Of a stretch of 64,000 nt of DNA, positions 9,026-17,551 are shown piece by piece (position 1 is the first letter of the stretch; every line of letters begins with the position of its first letter). The notes under the pieces are model-generated. The model worked only from the letters and a program-made list of their open reading frames with translations. It was not told the DNA's origin and did not search any database. Origin of the DNA: an uncultured virus (IMG/VR IMGVR_UViG_3300044448_003347). Its lineage: Duplodnaviria > Heunggongvirae > Uroviricota > Caudoviricetes. The DNA is taken from the IMG/VR virus record IMGVR_UViG_3300044448_003347. One strand, written 5' to 3'. The position numbers and the translations under genes are program-made.

Positions 9026-9315
9026 AGTTTTTTTCCCTGAAGTTTGTTTTTTATTGCGGTGAGGTCTCCAACTACATCAAGGTCCAAACCTGACTGACCC
9101 CTGTTAATATAAATCTTTGTGTAGCTCTCGGCTGGATGGATGTCTTGTCCCAGTTCTGTGTCGGACAATCTGGTCTTTAACGAATCGTTCTCTCTTAAGC
9201 AAACTACGTGCTCTGGGTTGACGAACACTTCTCGCAAGGAATACTCCTCCACCTTTCCATCGGTGTTTGACGCGAAGGTCCTTTTGTTATATATTTCTAT
9301 TAGTCTAACTAGCAT
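9022..9315 (-). CDS. hypothetical protein, FlbD-like pattern
   Basis: MLVRLIE...VFVNPEHVVCLRE...TKIYI. Confidence 0.5.
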   Translation of the reverse strand: MLVRLIEIYNKRTFASNTDGKVEEYSLREVFVNPEHVVCLRENDSLKTRLSDTELGQDIHPAESYTKIYINRGQSGLDLDVVGDLTAIKNKLQGKKL

Positions 9316-9541
9316 GTTGTGTGTCTCCCTGTAGCTCATACAGATAATGCTTTGGGACATGCCAGACACCTCCCCTGTATCCTACCTTATAATAAATTCC
9401 AGCAACCTCTCCAAGAACCAAGACATGAGTTGGAACCTTGGGATTACAGAAACAGGATACACCAGAGTCTGGGTTGTCTTCCTCAGAAAACTGTATCAAA
9501 GATGTGGCTGATGGTAGCCAAGCAAGATCACCCTTCTTCAT
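9305..9541 (-). CDS. small SH3/KOW-like protein
   Basis: MKKGDL...YYKVGYRGGVWHV. Confidence 0.55.
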   Translation of the reverse strand: MKKGDLAWLPSATSLIQFSEEDNPDSGVSCFCNPKVPTHVLVLGEVAGIYYKVGYRGGVWHVPKHYLYELQGDTQHAS

Positions 9542-10037
9542 CAAATCCCTCTTCTGCCCTATCTTCACGCGATGCTCTCTTTTCGTGCTCCGCAGCTTCA
9601 TTTTCGCTCACTTCATAGCCATTAGACTTTAAAAATTCTTGATTTTTAGAATAAAGATCCCTTACCTTTTCCATATATTCATCATCCAAGTCCCCAAACT
9701 GCTCCTCTGAAGCGGGTGCTGTTTGTTCGATGTCAGAACCTAGAGTCTCGCGTTGCTGTTCTTTTTTATTTGGAATAATTATATCTTTGTATCCCAACAT
9801 AATGTTGGAAATCTCCTGCAAAGTTTCATCAAACTGGGTCAGTCGTTCCCTAAGTTGCTCTACCTGATCAATCGTGCCGAAGAACTCTTCGGCTGTATTG
9901 TGCAATGAATGTCTCACAATTTGCAACATTTGCTCTTGTAGTCCCGCATCCAACTCAGATTTTGCACTGGATATCATAGATCTTATTTCCGATGGTACGT
10001 CATTTAAATTAATTGTTTTGGTGATTTTTATGTTCAT
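9528..10037 (-). CDS. hypothetical coiled-coil protein
   Basis: ATG at 10037 with GAGG RBS. Confidence 0.6.
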   Translation of the reverse strand: MNIKITKTINLNDVPSEIRSMISSAKSELDAGLQEQMLQIVRHSLHNTAEEFFGTIDQVEQLRERLTQFDETLQEISNIMLGYKDIIIPNKKEQQRETLGSDIEQTAPASEEQFGDLDDEYMEKVRDLYSKNQEFLKSNGYEVSENEAAEHEKRASREDRAEEGFDEEG

Positions 10038-10059
10038 TTTAAACCTCGTATTAATCCTA

Positions 10060-10719
10060 CTACACTTGTTTTCTTTTGTCAATGCCTTTCTTAAGAAATC
10101 TTTCCTCAACAACAACAGTCTTGTTTGAACCGAAAGGCAGTAGCTCGTATCTCTTCGCACCCTTGGCGGCTGTAATAACTGGTAAGTGTCCTGACCTTAT
10201 TACCACCGCCAAGTCTTCGGGGTAGAAATGGTTGATTGATCTACAGTTTTTTCTCAAAGTCACAACGGTTCCGTTGCCGTACCTTGGCTCCTCTAATGTT
10301 GCCTCTAACACTCTTGTCGCATACTGGTTCTCACACATTGACTTGTATGCTGACTCGGCTGGTATATAACTTTCATCGTCCAGTGCTCTCGCTGACATCT
10401 CAAAGAAATAGTTGGAGTCCTTATAATAGTTGGCGCAGATAAGAAGTATTTTTCTTTTGTCCTCGCCAAAGTTCTTCGCCCATTCGTTGTGCCTTCGCAA
10501 TGCCTCGGGGGTGTTGTTGTTCTCCGCTTCCTTGAGTGCGGCGTACTGTTTCTCTGTTAAGCCTCCGTGCTTTTGGTAATGCTCAAGCAACGAATGAACA
10601 AAGCCTCTGGTGCTTTCGCTAATGGTTTCACTAGCGCACAGAACATTGAGGCGAATAGAGATGTCACTCTCTCTATGCTCGGGTTTCGTCTTAAACTTAT
10701 TGTACCAGAAGTTTCTCAT
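10060..10719 (-). CDS. hypothetical protein with C-terminal KOW-like segment
   Basis: 219-aa ORF. Confidence 0.65.
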   Translation of the reverse strand: MRNFWYNKFKTKPEHRESDISIRLNVLCASETISESTRGFVHSLLEHYQKHGGLTEKQYAALKEAENNNTPEALRRHNEWAKNFGEDKRKILLICANYYKDSNYFFEMSARALDDESYIPAESAYKSMCENQYATRVLEATLEEPRYGNGTVVTLRKNCRSINHFYPEDLAVVIRSGHLPVITAAKGAKRYELLPFGSNKTVVVEERFLKKGIDKRKQV

Positions 10720-10740
10720 GCCACATCTAAATAGTTTGCT

Positions 10741-12309
10741 CTACTGTATAATCGCATGGTTGGTTGTAAGCAGAGTAGACGACACGCTCATAGCATTCTT
10801 AACAGCGCAGCATGTAACCTTCACAGGGTCTACAACTCCAGCCTCATACATATCAACATACTGGTCCGTAGCCACATCCAGCCCAATGTCGGCTTGGTCG
10901 CTTTGTAAGATGTTATTGATGACAACATCAGGCGATTTCCCTGCGTTGGTTAGGATTTGTTTGATAGGTTCGTAGCAGGCTTCTTTAATAATCTCAACAC
11001 CTTGAGCTTGTTCGGTGTTCTCTGTCTCCACCTCTAGCCCTTGGACCACACGCAGAAGCGCAGTGCCTCCACCTGTGATGATACCGTCGTCCTTTGCTGC
11101 TCGCACTGCTTCCAAAGCATCCTCAATCCTGTGTCGCTTCTCAATCATCTCAACCTCGGTGGATGCTCCGACACGGATGATGGCTACACCACTAGCCAAT
11201 CTGGTGATGCGCTCTTGGATTGCCTCGCCTTCCTCTAGTGTATCTGAAGCAGCCACTTGGTCCCTGAGCACTGAGATTCTCTCTTGGATCTCGGTTGGTT
11301 CTCCCAACCCATCAATCACGGTCGTCAGGTTCTTGGTCACATCAATCTTCTTGGATGTTCCGAAGTGCTCCAACTTTACATCACGCAGGGTCAAGTCTTT
11401 TTCTTTTGTGATAAGAGTTGCTCCGACAGAAAGCGCAAGGTCACTAATAATGTTTCGTCTCTCTTCTCCGTAGCGAGGAGCCTTGACTGCGGCTACCTTC
11501 ATTGTGCCTCGCACTGCATTCATAATCAAAGCGGCGAGTGCTTGCCCTTCAATGTCCTCGGCTACAATCAGGAAGGGTCGCCCTTCTCTTGCGACCAGTT
11601 CAAGGGCAGGGAGCATATCCTCAACAGAATCAATCTTGGCATCAGTCACCAGAATCATTGGGTCGTGGTAAGTAATCGCAGACCGACGCTCATCGTTAAT
11701 AAACTGCGGGGATAAGAAGCCAGAATCAAAGCGGAATCCCTCAACAATGTCAAGGCTCGTATTCATTGAGCGAGCCTCTTCTACAGTAATAGCCCCGTCT
11801 TTTCCTGCCTTGTCTACTGCTGTAGCAATCAGACTGCCGATGGTCTTGTCACCGTTGGCTGAGATGGTGGCGATGTGCTCAATGTCTTCTTTTGTTTTAA
11901 TTGGCATAGCACTGTCTTTCAGTCTGCTGGTAATAACATCTACCGCTTTCTCCATACCTCGCTTGAGTTCTGTTGGGGATGAGCCAGCGAGAACATACTG
12001 TTGGGCTGCTCGGTAGATTGCTCGGGCTAAGACTGTGGATGTCGTGGTGCCGTCGCCTGCATCTGTGTTAGTTTGGTCGGCTACCTGTTTTAGGATTTGA
12101 ACGCCGACATTCTCAAAGGGGTCTTCCAAGTCAACAAACTTGGCGACTGTTACTCCGTCCTTTGTAATGATTGGGCTGGAACCTTCTTGGTGTAGGATAA
12201 CATTGCGTCCTCGTGGTCCCATTGTGGCTGCTACATTGTCAGCCAAGACATCAATACCCTTGGCAATCTTCTGCTGAAGGGTCTGACCTGATTCATATTG
12301 TTTAGACAT
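10741..12309 (-). CDS. groEL: phage chaperonin GroEL
   Basis: TMGPRGRNV, ITKDGVTVA, GDGTTT, KAPRYGEERR, RIEDAL motifs. Confidence 0.97.
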   Translation of the reverse strand: MSKQYESGQTLQQKIAKGIDVLADNVAATMGPRGRNVILHQEGSSPIITKDGVTVAKFVDLEDPFENVGVQILKQVADQTNTDAGDGTTTSTVLARAIYRAAQQYVLAGSSPTELKRGMEKAVDVITSRLKDSAMPIKTKEDIEHIATISANGDKTIGSLIATAVDKAGKDGAITVEEARSMNTSLDIVEGFRFDSGFLSPQFINDERRSAITYHDPMILVTDAKIDSVEDMLPALELVAREGRPFLIVAEDIEGQALAALIMNAVRGTMKVAAVKAPRYGEERRNIISDLALSVGATLITKEKDLTLRDVKLEHFGTSKKIDVTKNLTTVIDGLGEPTEIQERISVLRDQVAASDTLEEGEAIQERITRLASGVAIIRVGASTEVEMIEKRHRIEDALEAVRAAKDDGIITGGGTALLRVVQGLEVETENTEQAQGVEIIKEACYEPIKQILTNAGKSPDVVINNILQSDQADIGLDVATDQYVDMYEAGVVDPVKVTCCAVKNAMSVSSTLLTTNHAIIQ

Positions 12310-12337
12310 TTTTACCTCGTTGTGGTCTGGTGGATAT

Positions 12338-12366
12338 AGTATAGTCTATTGTGGTGGGTTTGTCAA
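12338..12366 (-). promoter_or_regulatory. sigma70-like promoter of groEL
   Basis: TTGACA-17bp-TATACT. Confidence 0.8.
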
Positions 12367-12380
12367 GTATTATTTTGTAT

Positions 12381-13625
12381 TTAACACGATTCTATTTCGT
12401 CACCAATGAGAACGGCGGCTGTGTTTTTTGGCTTAAAAGTAATAACGATCCTCGCGCCTTCGCCTGAGTATCTTCCAGTAGTAAATATTTTGTAGCCGCC
12501 GATGCCTCCCTTCTCGGTTGTGGCGACTGTGAAGGCAGAATCAAATCCCCTTTTCCTAATCCTAAAGTAAAGATCGTCAGTGTATTTTTCAGCAAATTCG
12601 TCTACGTCCAAAAGTTTATCGGATGTCACCTTAAGCACTGGTGGGCTGTTGGCAGAGTCTTGCGGCATTGCCAAGGCACCATCAATATTCATAGACTCTC
12701 CCACATAAAGATAGTCTATGGGACCTCCTAGCGCAGCATTACCCACAAACAAATTGCGAATACAATCTTTATCTGCTATTTTAAAGTAAATGTCTTTAAC
12801 TTTTGCGCCCTCTATTTCGGCTGTAGAGGCATCAATACCGGGAATTTTAGATGTGATATAGATGATTGGACCACCGCTTTTATCTATAGTTGCGAATTCT
12901 CTGGAAGCGCTCCACTGGCTTGGGAGTCCCTTTGGACCCCACTGCTTATTCCTCGGGGCGTCTGGATATAGGGGGTATTCCTCCACTGCTCCTTTTGAAT
13001 CTATTGTTCTTAACACCACCTTCGCCCCGTAGAAAGCCCTTTGTTTTTCATACCTATCCTCTTCTCGTGGGTTGTCAGGGGCTGGCTTTCTTGGTTTCTT
13101 TAGTGTAAGTTTTAGGACCTTACTGGCGAGCCTTTCCATTGATTTCTTATTTGCGGTCCAAGCCTTTCCCTCTGCGTAGCCCTCCTCTACGTAAGCCTGT
13201 ATGATTTTTGGAGCGAGGTTCTTTAGGAGGTTGGGGTAGAGCGCGTTGACGCCAACCGCTCCCGCTCCCATAACAGCAGGGGAGGTTCCGCCCTTCATAG
13301 AAAGACCGAGATCTCCACTCGTGGTATGAAGCACAACGTCGATGTAAGGCTCTTTCCCATAGTCGTTTGTTCCCTCTTTCTTTGAGGCACCAGTAACGCC
13401 TTCTATGGTGGTGTCGCCAACCTCCAAAGTAAAAAAATCATAACCACTATCCCCTACATCTTTGGCAGTAGAGTTTATTAAATCTATGAAAGCACTTTCC
13501 TGTCGCTCGCTGGTGGCTTTGCTTTCACCCACCACTTCCTCAACCATCTCAACGAGTTGATCTAGCCCAAGTGTATCTTGCTTAGGCTGGAAGAAGTTTT
13601 CTACAAGTTGGTCTAGTTCCTTCAT
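12381..13625 (-). CDS. putative capsid-packaged protein with nuclease-like (D...SxK) core
   Basis: Start moved to MKELDQ (GAGGA RBS); E...PYIDVV...LSMK pattern. Confidence 0.55.
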   Translation of the reverse strand: MKELDQLVENFFQPKQDTLGLDQLVEMVEEVVGESKATSERQESAFIDLINSTAKDVGDSGYDFFTLEVGDTTIEGVTGASKKEGTNDYGKEPYIDVVLHTTSGDLGLSMKGGTSPAVMGAGAVGVNALYPNLLKNLAPKIIQAYVEEGYAEGKAWTANKKSMERLASKVLKLTLKKPRKPAPDNPREEDRYEKQRAFYGAKVVLRTIDSKGAVEEYPLYPDAPRNKQWGPKGLPSQWSASREFATIDKSGGPIIYITSKIPGIDASTAEIEGAKVKDIYFKIADKDCIRNLFVGNAALGGPIDYLYVGESMNIDGALAMPQDSANSPPVLKVTSDKLLDVDEFAEKYTDDLYFRIRKRGFDSAFTVATTEKGGIGGYKIFTTGRYSGEGARIVITFKPKNTAAVLIGDEIESC

Positions 13626-13626
13626 C

Positions 13627-14196
13627 TTAGTCCTCTGGGTTCTCGTCTCTAATAACGACATTCCTGTTGGTGTCTGCTTCTATTTCGTCCCTGATAAAAT
13701 CATCGACATCTTTGATATCTCTTACTAAAGTATCATCGTCGAGGGCGGTGATGTATTCATCAAATCTGTTGTCTAGGTCTTTTAGCACACTCTTGTCTAT
13801 CTTGGCAGCAAGGTGAGGGTCAACATTTAAATAGTCCAAAAGGGGATGATTTTTAGCCAACTCTTGGGCTGCTTGCAGGTCTTTGTCCATCTCCCTGTTT
13901 GCCCTATTCATAACATCTTTAAGAGCACCAGCGATACCACTAGTGGGGGTAGGGTCAAAAGCCAAAACAAATTTTCCTGCCACCTTCAAGGCGAACTCTG
14001 TATTCCCTGTCTCCTTTCCATCCTTGATATCCTTACGAGCCTGTGCAACTATTTCAGCAAGTTCGCCGATAGTGTATTCCTCTAGGTCTTTGCCGACTTT
14101 ACCAAAGTCAATACCGCCAGTGCCGACAGTTAGTCCTCCACCAACATCCTCTTCTTCATTTAGAAATCTTCTCCATTCTGTTAGTAGTTCTTTCAT
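13627..14196 (-). CDS. hypothetical protein with MKELLTEWRRFLNE leader
   Basis: Leader shared with the adjacent gene. Confidence 0.7.
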   Translation of the reverse strand: MKELLTEWRRFLNEEEDVGGGLTVGTGGIDFGKVGKDLEEYTIGELAEIVAQARKDIKDGKETGNTEFALKVAGKFVLAFDPTPTSGIAGALKDVMNRANREMDKDLQAAQELAKNHPLLDYLNVDPHLAAKIDKSVLKDLDNRFDEYITALDDDTLVRDIKDVDDFIRDEIEADTNRNVVIRDENPED

Positions 14197-14721
14197 TCTT
14201 TATCCTCTAAAACTTATCTAGTTGTGCTCCCAAGGCTACAAGCATGTTGCCTGTCTCATCTTCTGCGATCCGTCGCAAAATATTGTGTGCCTTTGATTGC
14301 AGAATATTTTCATAATCTTCTGTATTGTTTATCTCTATCATCTCATCCACATTTCTTTCCAGCCAATCAACAAAGGTTTTTAGTGCCTTTGCTTTGTCCT
14401 CGTCTTCTTCTTGGACTTCGTGGTTCTCAAACCAGATGGAAGTGTAGTCAAGTATTTTACGCATCTCTGGTCTAACATACATCTCTCCTTCTCCGAGCGA
14501 ACGCTTAGTCGGCGCAAAGAACTTGAGATCTTTGGCTTCATCTGGGTATAGAAATGCATACATGGTGAAGACTTTTTTGAGTACAGCGTTCATTAGATTA
14601 TCTAATGTCGTATCGGGCTTGGCAATGGCATTCCTGTAGGACTGCTCTCTATCATAAACATCCTCGTATTCATTTACAAACTTTCGCCACTCTGTTAGTA
14701 ACTCTTTCATTCTTTATCCTC
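14177..14721. repeat. 31-bp direct repeat (14177-14207 and 14691-14721) spanning RBS and first codons
   Basis: tctgttagta(gt/ac)tctttcattctttatcctc, 2 mismatches. Confidence 0.85.
14207..14710 (-). CDS. hypothetical protein with MKELLTEWRKFVNE leader
   Basis: Leader shared with the adjacent gene. Confidence 0.7.
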   Translation of the reverse strand: MKELLTEWRKFVNEYEDVYDREQSYRNAIAKPDTTLDNLMNAVLKKVFTMYAFLYPDEAKDLKFFAPTKRSLGEGEMYVRPEMRKILDYTSIWFENHEVQEEDEDKAKALKTFVDWLERNVDEMIEINNTEDYENILQSKAHNILRRIAEDETGNMLVALGAQLDKF

Positions 14722-15439
14722 AAACAATAATGTCGGCGATGCCATACTCAACTGCTTCTTGTGCTGTGAGATATACATTTACATTGCGAGCCAATAGTTT
14801 CTTTAGTATCCTTGGTGTCAGGTCTGTCTCAGCGCAGAGTGCTTTGTTATACTGCTCCTGAATCCAACGGACCTCTTCCATCTCATTTTCTAGGTTCTCT
14901 ATGGAACCGTGATGTCCACCTATCACACTGTGTATCATTACTCTACAGTTGGCACCAATCTTGCGCTTGCCCTTGGTGCCTGCTGCCAAGAGCACAACAC
15001 CAGCCGACATCACACGACCAAGCCCGTAAGTGTGGATCTCACACTTCTCTTCTGTCTGTCTCATTACATCATAGATGGAGAACATATCAACAGCAGTTCC
15101 GCCGGGGGTAGAGATGATAAGTTCAAATGGGTGGTAGATGGTTTCTGGTTCTTCCTTGCCTTCTTCTAGGACTTCTTCTTTGCCTGACTCTTTTAGGATA
15201 AGAAAGGCTGAGATAATGTCTGTTGCCATCTTGTCATCAATCTCGCCGTATAGTTGAGCTACTCTAAGCTCAGAGGCTGGTGATGGCTTAGGACCTGCCA
15301 TGGCAGACATCAAGGCTTCCAACTCTTGCTGAAGTTCTTCTTCTGATAACTCTTCTTTGCTTTCTTCGGTTTCCTTTACAGGCTCTTCTTCAACTTTCTT
15401 CTTGCCCTTCTTCTTTTCCGCTGTCACTATCTTGCTCAT
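14720..15439 (-). CDS. clpP: ClpP-family protease
   Basis: ISTPGG, GRVMSAG (Ser), MIHS (His), YLTAQEAVEYGIAD. Confidence 0.85.
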   Translation of the reverse strand: MSKIVTAEKKKGKKKVEEEPVKETEESKEELSEEELQQELEALMSAMAGPKPSPASELRVAQLYGEIDDKMATDIISAFLILKESGKEEVLEEGKEEPETIYHPFELIISTPGGTAVDMFSIYDVMRQTEEKCEIHTYGLGRVMSAGVVLLAAGTKGKRKIGANCRVMIHSVIGGHHGSIENLENEMEEVRWIQEQYNKALCAETDLTPRILKKLLARNVNVYLTAQEAVEYGIADIIV

Positions 15440-15701
15440 GTTGCGCTCCTTCTAATAGTTTAAAAAGTACCTTACCCTCGTCCCAAAGTACATCTGCTTC
15501 GCCTCGAAGATACTTTATTAAGAGATTCAAAACCTGTTCGGCTTCATCGTAGTGAAGGCTATCATCGTCCTTCATCTCTCCTAAGTAATTAATCACCGAG
15601 TTTGTTTTAAACGCTTTTGATGCATAATAAATATTTTCTTTTATTTCAAAAGTCTTATCATACCTTTTAATAAATTCCAATATATCTTTTTTGTGCAGCA
15701 T
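15390..15701 (-). CDS. hypothetical protein
   Basis: 103-aa ORF in operon. Confidence 0.55.
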   Translation of the reverse strand: MLHKKDILEFIKRYDKTFEIKENIYYASKAFKTNSVINYLGEMKDDDSLHYDEAEQVLNLLIKYLRGEADVLWDEGKVLFKLLEGAQHEQDSDSGKEEGQEES

Positions 15702-15702
15702 T

Positions 15703-16074
15703 TTACTTATACAACTCGTCTACGCTTTTAGTTACTTTGCTCCAGTTATAGCCATCAAGTATCTTTATATATTGCTTTGGGTAGACCTGAACCATTTTCA
15801 AATAGCAGATGTCTCGCCAAGCCTCAAAGGTTTTCTTGTCAATGCTCTTAAGAAGTTTGATCTGCTCCTCATCAATATTCATTGTCTCCATTGTTTCATA
15901 CTTCATCTGCTTTATGAAGGCAACATCTTGAGAGCAAGATATCAAGAGCATAACTATTTGGTCAGTCATCTCCTTAACAAATGTATAGGAATGTCCCAAG
16001 TCCATCAACTTAGCCATAATCCAAAAAGAAAAAGCGCCACCAAAGAAAAGAGAAGCAGCCAACCAAAGTTCCAT
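15703..16074 (-). CDS. hypothetical protein with N-terminal transmembrane segment
   Basis: MELWLAASLFFGGAFSFWIMA; GGAGG RBS. Confidence 0.65.
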   Translation of the reverse strand: MELWLAASLFFGGAFSFWIMAKLMDLGHSYTFVKEMTDQIVMLLISCSQDVAFIKQMKYETMETMNIDEEQIKLLKSIDKKTFEAWRDICYLKMVQVYPKQYIKILDGYNWSKVTKSVDELYK

Positions 16075-16087
16075 CTTACCTCCAAAC

Positions 16088-16121
16088 AAAAAAAGGGGAG
16101 ACCCGATATCGGATCACCCCT
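16088..16121 (-). terminator. intrinsic terminator
   Basis: GGGGTGATCCGA-TA-TCGGGTCTCCCC followed by T7. Confidence 0.65.
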
Positions 16122-16159
16122 GTATAATACCAAAAAAACATTAGAAATGCAAGTACTAT

Positions 16160-16849
16160 TTACTTCTTATTTGATTTTGTTTCTTGCGTGAGTCTTTGGA
16201 TGACACGGGCGTAGACTTCTTCTACGACATCTGTCTTAGGAGTAGCCTCGTCGAGATCCAATTCCTCTTCATCTTCTTCTGCGTCATCGCCTAAGTCCAT
16301 CGCTGGTTCTGCGTCATCGGCAGCATCCATGTCCATATCCATGTCCATTTCCATCTCATCGTCATCTTGAGAGACTTCAACTTCTTGACCGAGGACATCC
16401 TCAAGTGCTTTTTCAAGAGCAGACATTAGCTGGTCAACAGAAACCATTCCGCCAGCGGCTGGCTCTTCTGCATCCATATCAAGGTCCATGTCCATTTCCA
16501 TTTCTTCTTCTTCAATGGAAACTTCATCCATATCTTCTTTCTCGTCTCTCATCTCGTCGAGTTCTTCGTCGGCACCTTCACGCATCTCATCATCGTCGTG
16601 CTTGCCCTCTTCAAGGTCTTCGTCAGCCCCTTCGCGCATTTCATCGTCGTCTTTAGCTTCTTCGATTTCCTCTTCGCCTTCGCGCATTTCTTCGTCATCA
16701 CGCTTTGGCTTCATGCCTCTTTCTTCAAGTTCTTGTTCCTCAGACTCATGAAGTTTTTCATCGACGAATTTGTCACTAAGTCCGTCAATTGTAGCAAGTT
16801 TCATAAAGCGACGGATTGTGCTTTCATTCAACATATTATCCTTTTTCAT
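16160..16849 (-). CDS. highly acidic, repeat-containing prohead core/scaffold-like protein
   Basis: LNESTIRRFMKLA N-terminus; DDEMREG repeats; ACTATTTA motif upstream. Confidence 0.6.
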   Translation of the reverse strand: MKKDNMLNESTIRRFMKLATIDGLSDKFVDEKLHESEEQELEERGMKPKRDDEEMREGEEEIEEAKDDDEMREGADEDLEEGKHDDDEMREGADEELDEMRDEKEDMDEVSIEEEEMEMDMDLDMDAEEPAAGGMVSVDQLMSALEKALEDVLGQEVEVSQDDDEMEMDMDMDMDAADDAEPAMDLGDDAEEDEEELDLDEATPKTDVVEEVYARVIQRLTQETKSNKK

Positions 16850-16940
16850 TTCTAATATCTCCTTGTGTTTATAAAAAAACGAAACAAAATCATTAATAAA
16901 TAGTAATACGAATTCTAAAAAGCATTATAAAATTATGCTC

Positions 16941-17210
16941 TTAATATGCGGATTCGTTTTTCTCTAAGAACTTTCTTAATCCTTTTCCTGTAATACCTAG
17001 TTTGTTGAGGGCTTTTTCTTCTATTTGTTTTATCCTGACAAAGGAAACTCCGAGCCTATCGGCTACCTCACGCAAGGTCATATTACCCTCTGGATGTTTA
17101 TTAATCGCAACCATCGTGCAGTTTAGGTCGTTGTCATAATCTATCCACAATCTACACTGTCTTTCCTCACAACTTGCATTGGCTGATTCACATTGTTTAT
17201 AACATTTCAT
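16941..17210 (-). CDS. stand-alone sigma70 region-4 HTH protein with Cys-rich N-terminus
   Basis: MTLREVADRLGVSFVRIKQIEEKALNKL resembles RpoD region 4.2; five Cys in the first 31 aa. Confidence 0.8.
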   Translation of the reverse strand: MKCYKQCESANASCEERQCRLWIDYDNDLNCTMVAINKHPEGNMTLREVADRLGVSFVRIKQIEEKALNKLGITGKGLRKFLEKNESAY

Positions 17211-17551
17211 AAGTCTGGAAACTCCTGTTCAATAATATCAAAGATGCTCTCAAGTTCTTCCTCTCTTAGAGCAAATTGTTTTTTCACTTCCCTTGACTTC
17301 TTACGAACAGACTTGCCTTTTAAAAGTCTTCCCTTACTATACTTTCTCTTCTCTTCTTTAATCTTGTCTACGAATGCGATGAGGTCTTTGTCACCACTGA
17401 GATAGCCAGTCACAATATCCCTGAAGAACTCGCCCTGATAGAATCCATCATAGTGTAGGCGAATGCGTAGGTCGGCGTGTCTCTTGTCAGTCTCCTTAAA
17501 CTGGATGACCTTGTTGAGATTGCCATAGTCTATCTCGTGTTCGTCGCTCAT
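17207..17551 (-). CDS. hypothetical protein, possible ribbon-helix-helix DNA binder
   Basis: Short beta segment followed by two helices (KVIQFK...ADLRIRL...EFFRDIV); coupled to the sigma-4 gene. Confidence 0.5.
   Translation of the reverse strand: MSDEHEIDYGNLNKVIQFKETDKRHADLRIRLHYDGFYQGEFFRDIVTGYLSGDKDLIAFVDKIKEEKRKYSKGRLLKGKSVRKKSREVKKQFALREEELESIFDIIEQEFPDL

Noticed and set aside
12310..12380. CIRCE heat-shock operator at groEL
   Set aside because: No TTAGCACTC-N9-GAGTGCTAA inverted repeat is present.
16124..16152. Possible TTGCAT-17-TATTAT promoter
   Set aside because: It would start directly into a terminator hairpin, so it is ambiguous.
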